A DNA stretch of 64,000 bases from Octopus sinensis (GCF_006345805.1 NC_043010.1:9548001-9612000), one strand, 5' to 3'. Shown: positions 41,369 to 53,614, counted from the first letter of the stretch. The notes: generated from the sequence alone by a model not told the origin. Numbers and translations are program-made.

Positions 41369-41474
41369 ATTTCTTGCTGAAGAATCTGAGGGCCTATGGA
41401 AGATTGGCTTGATTCAATTTAATCAGGTTAGTTTACATTAAACAGCAGATGAAACGGTGCATCGTACAAGAAAT
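41369..41474 (+). ncRNA. Type I hammerhead ribozyme (repeat copy 2)
   Basis: Stem I atttcttg/caagaaat; CTGAAGA 41377-83; stem II atctg/cagat; GAAA 41451-54; self-complementary stem III acggtgcatcgt; GUA site at 41466. Confidence 0.85.
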
Positions 41475-41854
41475 TACAGGGTAAATGTTTTTTTAAATTT
41501 TCTCCTGTTACGGAATTAATCTTTATTTGCGGTTGAAGCTTTGGCTGTTATTTCTAGTGGGTGAATGGCCTATCATGGCCGTTCCTTGATGTTGATGTTG
41601 AACTTAAAAATGGTCTATGACTATTTAATTTTTTCCCACTAGGCCGCTGGTGGCAAAAAGAATTCTACAAAATTTTTTTCTGCACCCTATATTGATTAAT
41701 TATGAATTTTCTGTTAATTCCGTAATGGAATCGACGGCTTATATTTATTTGCTGCCGATAAATTTGGCGCGAGTGCGACGATTGAAAATTTTAGGTCAGA
41801 TATTACCTTGGCGGGTTTGAAATGCCTCGTGAAAATATCTGTTCCGACTTGGCT

Positions 41855-41961
41855 ATTTCTTGCTGAAGAATCTGAGGGCCTATGGAAGATTGGCTTGATT
41901 CAATTTAATCAGGTTAGTTTACCATTAAACAGCAGATGAAACGGTGCATCGTACAAGAAAT
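41855..41961 (+). ncRNA. Type I hammerhead ribozyme (repeat copy 3)
   Basis: Identical core and stems; GUA site at 41953. Confidence 0.85.
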
Positions 41962-42079
41962 TACAGGGTAAATGTTTTTTAAATTTTCTCCTGTTTACGG
42001 AATTAATCTTTATTTGCGGTTGAAGCTTTGGCTGTTATTCTAGTGGGTGAATGGCCTATCATGGCCGTTCCTTGATTGT

Positions 42080-42113
<34 letters not shown>

Positions 42114-42295
42114 CATTATATATAAGGGCTTAGTAAAATAAATTACTTTGCCACATACTGAACTCATTAGAAATAGCAGCTAAAGAAATTTCTTCAGCTA
42201 TTTCTAATACTTAAAAGATCTCTCTCAGATAGTGTTTGCCTAAACCAACTCACAAAAGTATGGGGGAAAAAACATTAAAAACAAGTGCAAAGGTT

Positions 42296-42354
42296 ATTTG
42301 AGAACGTACGTTTCTAGATTAGTCAATTCGACATTTCTTTCTTCAGCTCAGAAT
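42296..42354 (-). ncRNA. Type I hammerhead ribozyme, different family, slightly degenerate
   Basis: Minus strand attctgag CTGAAGA aagaaatgtcgaattgactaatcta GAAA cgtacg TT ctcaaat; palindromic stem III acgtacgt; first stem II pair is an A/A mismatch. Lies in a (TA)n-flanked insert at 42111-42435. Confidence 0.65.
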
Positions 42355-42454
42355 TCCTTGAATGGTCCCTTTACATACTGAACACTTGGTGAAACTGATT
42401 AATAATTAATTAATTTTACCCTCAATTGTTGAAATTATATATATATATATATAT

Positions 42455-42573
42455 TTACGTTTATATATTCGTTTTGCAAGATTCTTGATGTGAATGCGTG
42501 TGTTGAAACAGATATTGTTGCATTTGGGGATGGTCATGTTGCCAGTTTATCCAATGAAAACATACACACACAC

Positions 42574-42604
<31 letters not shown>

Positions 42605-42893
42605 GAATTTCACTTGCTTCAGCTTTGTTTTATATTCATTGTATTTTGGCCAGAGTTCTTTCATCACACTCCTGTGACCTCATCAGTGGTTCTTTGCTTT
42701 CTTCTTCTTTCTTTTGTTTTTTCTTTGTAGGATTGTTAGTAAGGAGAGACACAAAAAAGAAAGAAGAAAGCAAAGGGCCACTGATGAGATCACAGAAGTG
42801 TGACGAAAGAACTGTAGCCCAAATGCATTTAATATAAAATAAAGCTGAAGCAAGTGAACACCAGATGTATAGTGCATGTGTTTTCATTGGCTA
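42455..42893. mobile_element. Divergent inverted duplication of a Penelope-like terminal segment, each arm with a minimal HHR
   Basis: Arms about 42548-42724 and 42745-42893 are reverse complements; HHRs at 42646-42692 (-) and 42775-42820 (+): gggcca CTGATGA gatcaca gaag tgtgac GAAA gaactg tagccc. Confidence 0.7.
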
Positions 42894-42901
42894 ATATATA
42901 T

Positions 42902-42943
<42 letters not shown>

Positions 42944-43529
42944 ATGTATATTATGTATGTGTATGTATGTATGTATGTATGCATGTATGCATGTAGGCAT
43001 GTATGTATGTATGTATGTATATATATATATATATATATATTATATAATATATGACCTTGACCTTGACCTTTCAGTTTCTATCTGCCAAATCCACTTATGA
43101 GGCTTTAGGCTGCCCAAGGTCATAGAAGGAGATACTTGCTCGAGGGGATCATGCAACGGGACTGAACCCCAAACCACGTGAGTGTGAAACAAACATCTTA
43201 CTACATAACACTTAATACTTTATCACACAGCCATATCTACAGCTTTATATACATATATATATATATATATAATGTGCATTTTTTTGCTTCCCGTCTAGCA
43301 AATCAACTCGCAAGATTATGGTGAGTTGTAATAGTTTTTATAAGTCTGTTTCCTTTTCCGTGTATTTCTGAGGCATTTTGCTTCATGATAAATCATAAAA
43401 GAAACCAATTAGGGCAATCTGTTGGGGAAACGATGCCAAAGAAGACACACAGGGCATGATTCAATCCCCTGACTCATCAGATCCGGTCAAACTATTCAAC
43501 CCATGCCGACATCTTGGAAGACGGGCTTT

Positions 43530-43619
43530 AAACGATGGTGATGATGGTGGTGGTGGTGGTGGTGGTGGTGGTGGTGGTGGTGGTGGTGGTAGCGGTAGCG
43601 GTGGTCGTGGTGGTGGTGG

Positions 43620-43657
<38 letters not shown>

Positions 43658-43770
43658 GTCGTGGTCGTGGTCGTGGTGGCAGTGGTGGTGGCGGCGGTGG
43701 TAGCAGTGGTGGTGGTGGTGGTGGGGATGAGGATGATGATGAGGAGGAGGAGGAGGAAGAGGAGGAGGTT
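43530..43770. repeat. (GGT)n/(GAT)n/(GAG)n repeat extending an RTE-type tail
   Basis: Directly visible; preceded by a degraded aacccatgcc..ttaaacgatg. Confidence 0.85.
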
Positions 43771-44253
43771 CTTGCATCTTTTTCATTGTGACTCCCACCT
43801 CAATTCTTTCACACATTAGCCTCCATGCCTTTGGTCTGATATATTTACCATAACTGTCCATATTTTTTTTTTTTTTGCATTGTCTCTCACCATACAAGAA
43901 ATAGTAGCCAAGTGTCCTTTACATCATACCTACTCTTATCTTAGAAAAATATAGGACACATTAGAGTTATGTAGCTCTGGATATACAATGTCTGAAATAA
44001 ATAAGGGTGATGGTCATGGATGGAAGTTCTTTGATCATTGATTACTCAATCAGAGCTGACTCATGCTTAAACAACAACAACAACAACAACACCCATGTGC
44101 TTTTTCTCTTGTTGTTTATTATATTTTCTTCTTTCAACTTTGTAGAATTTATTTATGAAAATCTACAAAAAACTTCAGATTTTTTTTTTACTTCAATTGT
44201 TATGCTTTTGTTTTATTGGAAAGTGCCAAAGCCTTAAACTATTGATTTGTTCC

Positions 44254-44254
<1 letters not shown>

Positions 44255-44295
<41 letters not shown>

Positions 44296-44514
44296 GCGTG
44301 TGTGTGTGTGTAGATCCAGATTGATGCGGTTGATCTCTCAAGAACCAAAGCAGTGATACAAAGGGAATATATATATCTAAATATGCATATATATATGTAT
44401 GTGTATATATATATATATATATAATTATACATATATATATATAATATATATATACATATATATATATATATAGATATATACATATATATATACATATATA
44501 TATATATGTGTGTG

Positions 44515-44561
<47 letters not shown>

Positions 44562-44770
44562 CATATATGTATATAACATACATATAAATATGCACACACA
44601 CATATATATATATGTTATTATGTGTATATACAGAAATTTTCTACATGCCTCATTTCATATATTTGTATGTGTGTATGTACAGTTACACACACACACATGC
44701 ACACGCACACATGCATATATGTGTATATATGTCTGCATGCATAATACATATATTTACATATAAATACATA
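44255..44770. repeat. (TG)n/(TA)n compound microsatellite
   Basis: Directly visible. Confidence 0.9.
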
Positions 44771-45179
44771 AATCCATATTTATCCGGGATATTTATTTAT
44801 TTTTATTCTCCTAATAGAAGAGAGGGAAAAATACATTGTTAAAAAGAAGTGATTTCATACCTTCGAAGAATAATTTTATTGGGACTTGGCGTATTGTGAA
44901 GAAATTGTTCAATAATAACTGACAATGATGTCTGTAATAATGATAGTAAAACCTATTTAATACAGGATTCTATTTTGAATCTGAGTTAACGGTTTGGAAA
45001 TCTTCTAACAAACAATTCTTTTTTAATTTCATTTAAATATTTAAATGTTGCAGATAACAGCAGTCTATAAAGCCATTTACTCATTGAATGGTTGAAGAAA
45101 TACCATTTAGCTATTTGTTCGTAGCAATATCGCAAAAATATTTCCCCTTCCCTCCGCTAAGAATATTCTTTCACTAACA

Positions 45180-46190
45180 TATATACTCCACATACAAACA
45201 CACACACATACACACACATGCATGCATGCATACATACATACATACATACATACATGCATGCATACATACATACATACATACATGCATGCATGCATACATA
45301 CATACATACATACATACATGCATACATGCATGCATACATACATACATACATACATACATACATACATACATACATGCATGCATGCATACATACATACATA
45401 CATACATACATGCATACATGCATGCATACATACATACATACATACACACATACATACATGCATGCATGCATACATACATACATACATACATACATACATA
45501 CATACATGCATGCATGCATGCATACATACATACATACATACATACCTACATCCATGCATACATACATACATACATGCATGCATACATACAAACACACACA
45601 CACACATACATGCATACATACATACATACATACATACATGCATGCATGCATACATACATACATGCATGCATACATACATACATACATACATACATACATA
45701 CATGCATACATACATACATACATGCATGCATACATACATGCATACATATATACATACATACATAATATACATGTAGATATACATATATTTGTGTATGTAT
45801 ATATATGTGCGTGTGTGTATATGTTAATACACCTACACACATATACATGCACCATATATATACATTTAAATACATACATAACATATATGTAGCTATTTGT
45901 GTATTATATATGTGTGTGTGGGTGAATATATATAGACACATCTACACACATACATACATCATATACATGCATTTACACATTTATATGCATATACATACAT
46001 TCATGTATATACATATATATATGTGTGTGTACGTGTATGTGTATGTGTATGTGTATGTGTGTGTGTGTGTATGTGTACGTGTATTTTTGTACATGATATA
46101 TGTATATATTTGAGTGATACGATTGTCTGTGTGTATATGTTTGTGCATGCATGTGTGTATTATTTGTTATGCGATACACACACATACATA
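45180..46190. repeat. (TACA)n/(TGCA)n compound microsatellite
   Basis: Directly visible. Confidence 0.95.
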
Positions 46191-47069
46191 AAATTTTTTT
46201 GTGAATTTGTAAAAAGCATCCCATAATTTAAATCTAAGCAAAGTATCCAGATGAGGTGCCTCCATGTTGCATTTGAAATATATCTTTTAGATTGAATTTG
46301 ATTCAAACTCACAATGTTGTTTTTTTATATATTATCTGAGTATTAGTTTCCCTTTTTCATTGTTTTTCTGTTTTTTTTTTTATTTCTTTTCACAAGAAAA
46401 AAAAATAATCCTAATGTTATTCTCAGTCAGTAATCATAGAATATTATAATGGACAAAAATGGTTAAAGCATTCTGAAATGTTTGTCATGTTTCCAGAATA
46501 ACATTTATTCTGCTACATAATTACTATACAGGAAGCTATTCTCCGTTCCTGTTTGTCGGTTCCTATTTATATTTTCCTGATAAATTTAACTGGTTTGTTT
46601 TGGAATTTATGGATGATGTGTTTTGTAGAAAAACAGAAAGAAATGTCAATGTGTCTTTTAAATACAGTGTTTCGATGAAGAAACTTTAAATCTTCTCTAA
46701 CGATTTTCCAACAGTTTTAATAAACAAAAAAAAAAATCTATTAAGATATTCAATTAAAATATCTATTTGGATGAGAAAATAAACGAAAACTTGTATTTTT
46801 CTCATCATTATTAGCATTGTTTGTTCTTCAAAGGTGAGATCACTGGAATCATGTGTTTCCCATTTCCATTCCTGCTAATTCTGTTGGTTGATTTTAGCTG
46901 AGTTTTCGTTCATTGGTTATTTTCTGCACTCTAAACATTCCACATGTTTAATGGCTAAACCTTTTGCTATTATATATCTGTTGAAATACAGTCTTTGTTT
47001 AAATTGATAATGAAAATAATTAACTGTTATTTGCACTTTGAACAAACAGCAATGACTTGCATATTTACT

Positions 47070-47408
47070 CGTATGGCCTGGACTCCATGCCGGTGGAATG
47101 TAAAAGCACCATCCGTTCGTGGCTGTTGCCAGCCTCGCCTGGCCCCCGTGCCAGTGGCACGTAAAAAACACCATCCGTCCGTGGCCGTTTGCCAGCTCCA
47201 TCTGGCTCCTGTGCAGGTGGCATGTAAAAAGCACCCACTACACTCACGGAGTGGTTGGCGTTAGGAAGGGCATCCAGCCGTAGAAACACTGCCAGATCAG
47301 ACTGGGCCTGATGCAGCCTTCTGGCTTCACAGACCCCAGTTAAACCGTCCAACCCATGCTAGCATGGAAAGCGGACGCTAAATGATGATGATGATGATGA
47401 TGATGATG
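47070..47408 (+). mobile_element. RTE 3' UTR fragment
   Basis: Same subfamily as 16712-17222, with fewer 63-bp units. Confidence 0.8.
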
Positions 47409-47727
47409 TTGCAGCAGATTTGGACACAAATATTATGATCACTGTTGTTGCATACATCACAGGAAAACAACTTCTCTTTTAAAGATAACAATATTTTCAT
47501 AACACACTTGACTCCTTGGTGCAAAGGATTCTGGGACACCAGTGTTTTAACATGTTGTGCTCTTGTTAGTCAGAAGCATCCCCAGAACTTGACTCTAAAG
47601 AAGAGCCAGTGGCTTTTGTTTGAAAACTCAGAAAACAAACTGTTTACTGATCCACCCTGATATCTGCCAACTGGTAGTAAATCCTTATTTGCAGTGTGAA
47701 CAGCAAAATCGGAAATTATAAAATAAA

Positions 47728-48030
47728 ACCAGCATCGCCATCGTTACCAGCGTTGCCTTACTGGCACCTGTGCCGGTGGCATGTGTAAAAAGATTCGAGT
47801 GAGGCCGTTGCCAGTACCGCCTGACTGGCCCCTGTGCCGGTGGCATGTAAAAGGCACCCACTACACTCTAGGAGTGGTTGGTGTTAGGATGGGCATCCAG
47901 CTGTAGAAACTCTGCCAAATCAAGATTGGAGCCTAGTGCAGCTATCTGGTTAACCAGACCTCAGTCAAATCGTCCAACCCACGCTAGCATGGAAAGCGGA
48001 CGTTAAGCAATGATGATGATGATGATGATG
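47728..48030 (+). mobile_element. RTE 3' UTR fragment
   Basis: Same subfamily as 30121-30540. Confidence 0.75.
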
Positions 48031-48075
48031 AAAGAAGAATTTAACAAAATAACTATGCCGTTATTAAGTTTGTGT

Positions 48076-48528
48076 AAAGTGGCAAGCTGGCAGAATCATT
48101 AGCATGGGCAAAATGCTTAGCAGCATTTCATCTGTCTTTTATGTTCTGAGTTCAAATTCCCCTGAGGTCGACTTTGCCTTTCTTCCTTTTGAGGTCAATG
48201 AATTAAGTATCCGCGAAACACTGGGGTTAGTGTAATTGACTAGTCCCCTCCACCCAAATTTCAGGCCTTGTGCCTTTAGTAGAAAGGATTATTATTATCA
48301 TCATTATTAAACAAGGCAGTGAGCTGGCAGAATTGTTAGCATGCCAGGTGGAATGCTTAGTGTGGCATTTTGTCCGTCTTTGTTCTGAGTTCAAATTTCA
48401 CTAAGATCAACTTTACCTTTCATTCTTCCGGGGTAGATAAATTAAGTACCAGTAAAACACCAAGGTCCATGTAATCAAGTGTGCCCTCCCCTAAAGTTTC
48501 AGGCTTTGTGCCTCTAGTAGAAAGGACT
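48076..48528 (+). mobile_element. Two tandem SINE B-variant copies
   Basis: agctggcagaa..gttctgagttcaaatt..aaatttcaggccttgtgcc occurs twice. Confidence 0.75.
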
Positions 48529-48725
48529 AAGCTGGTGCTAGGAACTTAAATTAATGTGAAACTTTGACGCAAGGTTTTACTTTAGATCCTTTAAAACAGT
48601 AAGTTTATATCACAAGACCAGGGGCAATCCTAGGTGATTTGGTATAAAAATGGTATAAAAAAATGTTGGGACTTATTTGTCACCTGATCAGAAGTGAGTA
48701 TAAAATCAAGCAAACCTTTCTTTAA

Positions 48726-49434
48726 CCCTTTAGCATTCAGGTTACTTTATCAAATGTTATGCTTATTTATTCACATTGTTTTGAATTAAACATGCATTAT
48801 CTTGAGCTTTGAAATTTCAGATAATGCGATTCTTTACTTTTAGAATGACATTGTAATAATAATAATAATATATAATAATAATGAAATTATTGTATACAGT
48901 TGCTCAGGTGCACCCCAACTTGTCAAAAGTGCATATAAAGCATATGCAGTAATGTACAAATGTCTGGAAAGCGAACAATGCATGAGTCAGATACATGCTT
49001 GCGTGTGTATGGAGGGGAGAAAATCAGGTGTAGTGTTGGTGAATCTCAGGAAGCATGGAAGTTTTGAAGGATACAGTGCTCCGACAACTAACAACTGATG
49101 CCGGCAGTTTGTTCCATACTTCAGCAACTCTCAGCGTGAAAAAATGTTTCCTAAAGTCATGGGAGCTGTGCTGTTTTCTGACTTTGTAAACATGCCCACA
49201 GGTGTTAGACAGGTGGAGTTTGAAAAGGTGCTCAGAGTTATTGTTAGTAAGATGGTTAATAATTTTATGGGTGTCTGCCAAGCCAGCTGCCAGACGTCTG
49301 AGTTTCAATGTATCCATGCCCAGGGAAGTAAGGCGTTCAGAATATGGCAAATGCCAGAGGCCACATCTCACTGGTTTGAACTAAAAACAGGTAGAATATT
49401 CAGGCTTGATAAGGCCAGTTTAAATGCAAAAGGG
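48726..49434 (+). mobile_element. piggyBac-like MITE interrupted by a CR1 fragment
   Basis: ttaa|ccctttagcatt ... aatgcaaaaggg|ttaa. Confidence 0.8.
48855..49355 (-). mobile_element. CR1-clade LINE 3' end
   Basis: LPYSERLTSLGMDTLKLRRL..HKII..TCGHVYKV..RKHFFTLRVAEVWNKLPASVV matches the CR1 ORF2 C-terminus; (ATT)n tail. Confidence 0.85.
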
Positions 49435-50019
49435 TTAAATTCACTACAACTGCAACCCTGCTTCTCACAGAATTCGGTGGATACAACTGCTCGATTTTTC
49501 CCTATTAATATCAAAACTTCAGCAAGAAACCAATCTGATTCAGGTCAACAAGCAGTCAAAATGCCAAAGAACTGTCATTGATCCCGAGGTTATCAGAAAT
49601 TTCTATGAGTTCAATAATCATTTATGGAAAGCTTTACAATTCCAGTTTAAGCTTCTTGTTGTATGAAGCAGGCTGATCCGAGACAAAAGATCAAACTCCC
49701 ATTTTAACATATTTAATTATTTATGGAGAATGTAAATTAATGAATATTGATAACTAAAAAAAAAAAAAAAAAAAAAAAAACAACAACAAAAAAATTTGCA
49801 GTTTCATTCTGCAGCAACATTCCATTGTTGATTTTTCTCAGAGGACTTTCCACTTTTCAATTTTTATTTCTCTTGGAATTTCTCCATAGTGAATAACTCT
49901 CAGGTGTATATGCATGTTTTTTAAAATTTATTTTGTCTTCTGTTATTGTTATATGTGATGTTTGGGAATAAATGCAATCTGGAGTTGCACATGCTCAGGC
50001 ACATGCAAAAAAAAAAAAC

Positions 50020-50046
50020 CAAACATATACATACACATATATACTA

Positions 50047-50079
<33 letters not shown>

Positions 50080-50378
50080 AGTGTGTGTGTATGTGTATAT
50101 AGGTATGTATATGTGTGTATACACACACAAACACACATATACGTATGTATATATATACGCATGCATGTATGTATATGTGTGTTTCTTTGCATGTGTCTTT
50201 GTGTGTATACATCTTTACATGTAGTTATTCATACATGTATATATGCAAGTACACACACACACACACACACATATATATATTTATATATATATTATATATA
50301 TATATATATAATATATATATTTATATATATATGTATATATATATATATATAATATATATATATATTTATATATGTATT

Positions 50379-50463
<85 letters not shown>

Positions 50464-50535
50464 GCACGTGCACACACACACATGTAAATATGCATATATA
50501 TCAGATCCATGCATTCCCATACATACACACATATA
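50020..50535. repeat. (TA)n compound microsatellite
   Basis: Directly visible. Confidence 0.9.
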
Positions 50536-51189
50536 TTAATCTATAATTCCATATTAAGTTTCCCCGAAAACTTTTTCTATCTCCTCTAACGACATTATGT
50601 TAATTATTACCTAGTGTGATAATTTCTCTGAATGTCAAATGTTAGCCACTCATAAACATTTTTTATTGCAGCAAATAAAACATCATTTGCTTTTTTATTA
50701 TTAAACAACTGTGCTCTCTTGCAGCACCTCTGGGAGAAACAGAACCAGGGGGAACAAAAACGACTTCTCACCAACTGTTTATTTGTTCAGGACATCCTTC
50801 GGGGAATTTTAACTTTTCTCATGACTAAAAGACAACCCTTAGAGAATATTGAAAATTACATATTCATTATCTTAATGTGATTAGATAAAAGTAATAGATA
50901 CAATGATTTTCATCGAAAAAGCACCATATTTAAAAAAAAATATCCTTCCTTCACTCACACACACTCTCTCTCTCTCTCTCCTCTCTCTCATAAACATTGA
51001 CTTTAAATGTAAACTCTTTCTCTCTCTCTAACCCTCTCAATGGCATCCCCACTCATGTCCATACAACTATGTAAGTATAGAACTTAAAACTAAGAGACAG
51101 ACAGACAGACCTAAAGCTGTTTACTCCAGGCCAGTTATTGCTGTATTCATACTGAGATATAATCTCTAATAGATGAACTGTGTTAAAAA

Positions 51190-51530
51190 CACAGCTCAGT
51201 GGTTAGAGCAATCGTGAAGTAATGAGAGTTCGATTCCCAGACTAGGCTGTGTGTTGTGTTCTTGAGCAAGACACTTTATTTCAAAGTACTCCAGTTCACT
51301 CAACTGTAGAAACAAGTTGCAACGTCACAGGTGCCAAGTTGTATTGGCCCCTTTGTCATCCCTTGAATAACATCGGTAGTGTGGAGTGGGAAGGGTTGTA
51401 TGCATGGGTGACTGCTGCTCTTCCAGAAACAACCTTGTCCAGACTTCTGCCTTAGAGGGGAAATTTCTAGGTGCAATCCCATGGTCATTCATGACCGAAG
51501 GGGGTCTTTACTCTTACCCTTTACCCTTTA
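51190..51530 (+). mobile_element. tRNA-derived SINE, family D
   Basis: A box agctcagtggt, B box gttcgattccc, cttgagcaagacact domain, (TTACCC)-like tail. Confidence 0.75.
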
Positions 51531-52357
51531 TAGTAGGGAGGCAAAAATTACCCCAGCAGTGGCCAACAAAAATACAAGATGCATTTTTGGTTCTTTTGAG
51601 CCTTAATGACATGTATGACTTGATGTAGGAAGGACATGGCATTGAAGAGGTCATGAGTGACAATTAAGAGGTCATGAGTGACAACAAAAGCACTTTGACA
51701 AACCTGATTGATTGACTGATTAACTGAATGATTAATCAAACAATTGATTAGTTACTAAGTTAGATAGTTAATCAATTAACTAATAAAGACAAAGAAGTGA
51801 AATGGAACCAGTGCCTGTGTTTATTATTGGTGTAACATTCCTACCAAGGTACAACAAAATTAGTATCAGCACACAAGTTAATATCAAGAATATTGGCAAA
51901 CAACTACAAAAAAAGACAAAATAATTATTATATTGATTAACATCTTAGTTCCTTATTTGATTTTTTTTATTATTTGTTATAATTATTTTATTTGTTTTTT
52001 TCTTTTTGCATAGTTTGTAGATAAGTTAGAATCATCTGTCTAATCAACAAATATTATCTAAATAATATAAAATAATACAAAAGATAAAGGCAGCTTTTAC
52101 AAAAGAAATTAAGTATCAGTCTTAATTAACATCAGATTTATTACAAATTGCTAAACATTTGCCTTCTCTTAAAGATTTTTAATTAACTGAATTATCATAT
52201 AGTTTCTCATCATTTACAGGTAATTAATTCTGTAATGCATTGTAGGGTAAGAAAGAACAAGAAAGTGATTCACTAGATTAATAAATTACCAAATAAATAT
52301 ACTTCAAAACTATTCTTTGTCATAAAATATACTTCAAAGCAAACAGTGCAAATGCCT

Positions 52358-52772
52358 AACTCTTTTACTCTTTTCTCTTTTACTTGTTTCAGTCATTTGA
52401 CTGCAGCCATGCTGGAGCACCGCCTTTAGTCGAGCAAATCGACCCCGGGACTTATTCTTTGTAAGCCCAGTACTTATTCTATCGGTCTCTTTTGCTGAAC
52501 CGCTAAGTGACGGGGACGTAAACACACCAGCATCAGTTGTCAAGCAATGCTAGGGGGACAAACACAGACACACATACACACACGCACATATATATATATA
52601 CATATATACGACGGGCTTCTTTCAGTTTCCGTCTACCAAATCCATTCACAAGGCATTGGTCGGCCCGGGGCTATAGCAGAAGACACTTGCCCAAGGTGCC
52701 ACGCAGTGGGACTGAACCCGGAACCATGTAGTTGGTTAGCAAGCTACTTACCACACAGCCACTCCTGCGCCT
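52358..52772 (-). mobile_element. SINE A, full length
   Basis: Family A match. Confidence 0.85.
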
Positions 52773-52854
52773 AAGTTTTATTTATTTCTGTTTTTTTTTA
52801 TTCTATTCATTTTATTAATTCATTTTATTATTCATTTTATTTATTTTGTATGCT

Positions 52855-53290
52855 TTTACTTGTTTCAGTCATTGAAGCTAGAGTGCATCCATGCTGGGGC
52901 ATTGCCCTCAAGGGTTTGGTGAAACAAATAGACCTCATATTTATTATTAAATTTGATGTTTATTCTATGAGTCCCTTTTGCCAAACCACCAAACTATAAG
53001 GAACTAAACAAATTAACACCAGTTGACAAGTGGTGTGTGTGAGTGTATGTGTGGTGGAAGGGAACAAACACAAGCATTCACATGCATACACATACATGCA
53101 CAGTATATATGTGTACATATACACATGATAGGCTTCCATACAGTTTCCATCAACCAAATTCACTCACAAAGTATTGGCTAGCCCGAGGCTAAAGCAGAAG
53201 ACATTTGCCCAAGATGGCATGCAGTGTGACTGAACCCAAAACCTTGTGGTTGTAAAGCAGGGATCTTAAACACACAGTCATGCTTGCATC
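52855..53290 (-). mobile_element. Old diverged SINE A relative
   Basis: Colinear degenerate match to family A. Confidence 0.65.
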
Positions 53291-53614
53291 TATTTATTCG
53301 TAACTTATTTTTAATGATTTCATCCTGACCTTTTTCGGGGTCTCTGTTTTTGTGATAAAAGAAAAGAACGATGAAAGTTATTGATGATATGAGGACCAGC
53401 ATGGATTCATTTAAAGGCAACCAAGAGTGGCCCCTATCCAAAGACTTGAACTCACTCCCCTTGTTAGAGTTGCAAATAAGGAATACATTAGAAACCAAAG
53501 GGTACTCTAAGTCTATGCAAGAAATCTCTACTACAAGATAATGCTAAATTATCAGCCATACAGTTTCCTACAGTGCTGAGCTATGCTACAATGCATTATC
53601 TTATTACATATAGG

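Larger units (their letters stand above)
40189..42083. mobile_element. ~487-bp non-coding tandem repeat with internal inversion; retrozyme/Penelope-dependent element
   Basis: About 1.6 units in one orientation (40189-40998) and about 2.2 units inverted (40999-42083); period 486-489 in the right part; flanked by (TA)n; one HHR per unit; no ORF of 60 aa or more in the track. Confidence 0.85.

Noticed and set aside
45107-45941. Long MYVC/HTYI/YI-repeat ORFs throughout the window
   Set aside because: Artefacts of (TACA)n and (TA)n, which lack stop codons.
51190-51245. tRNA genes at SINE heads
   Set aside because: A and B boxes are present, but there is no complete cloverleaf and the sequence continues into the SINE body.
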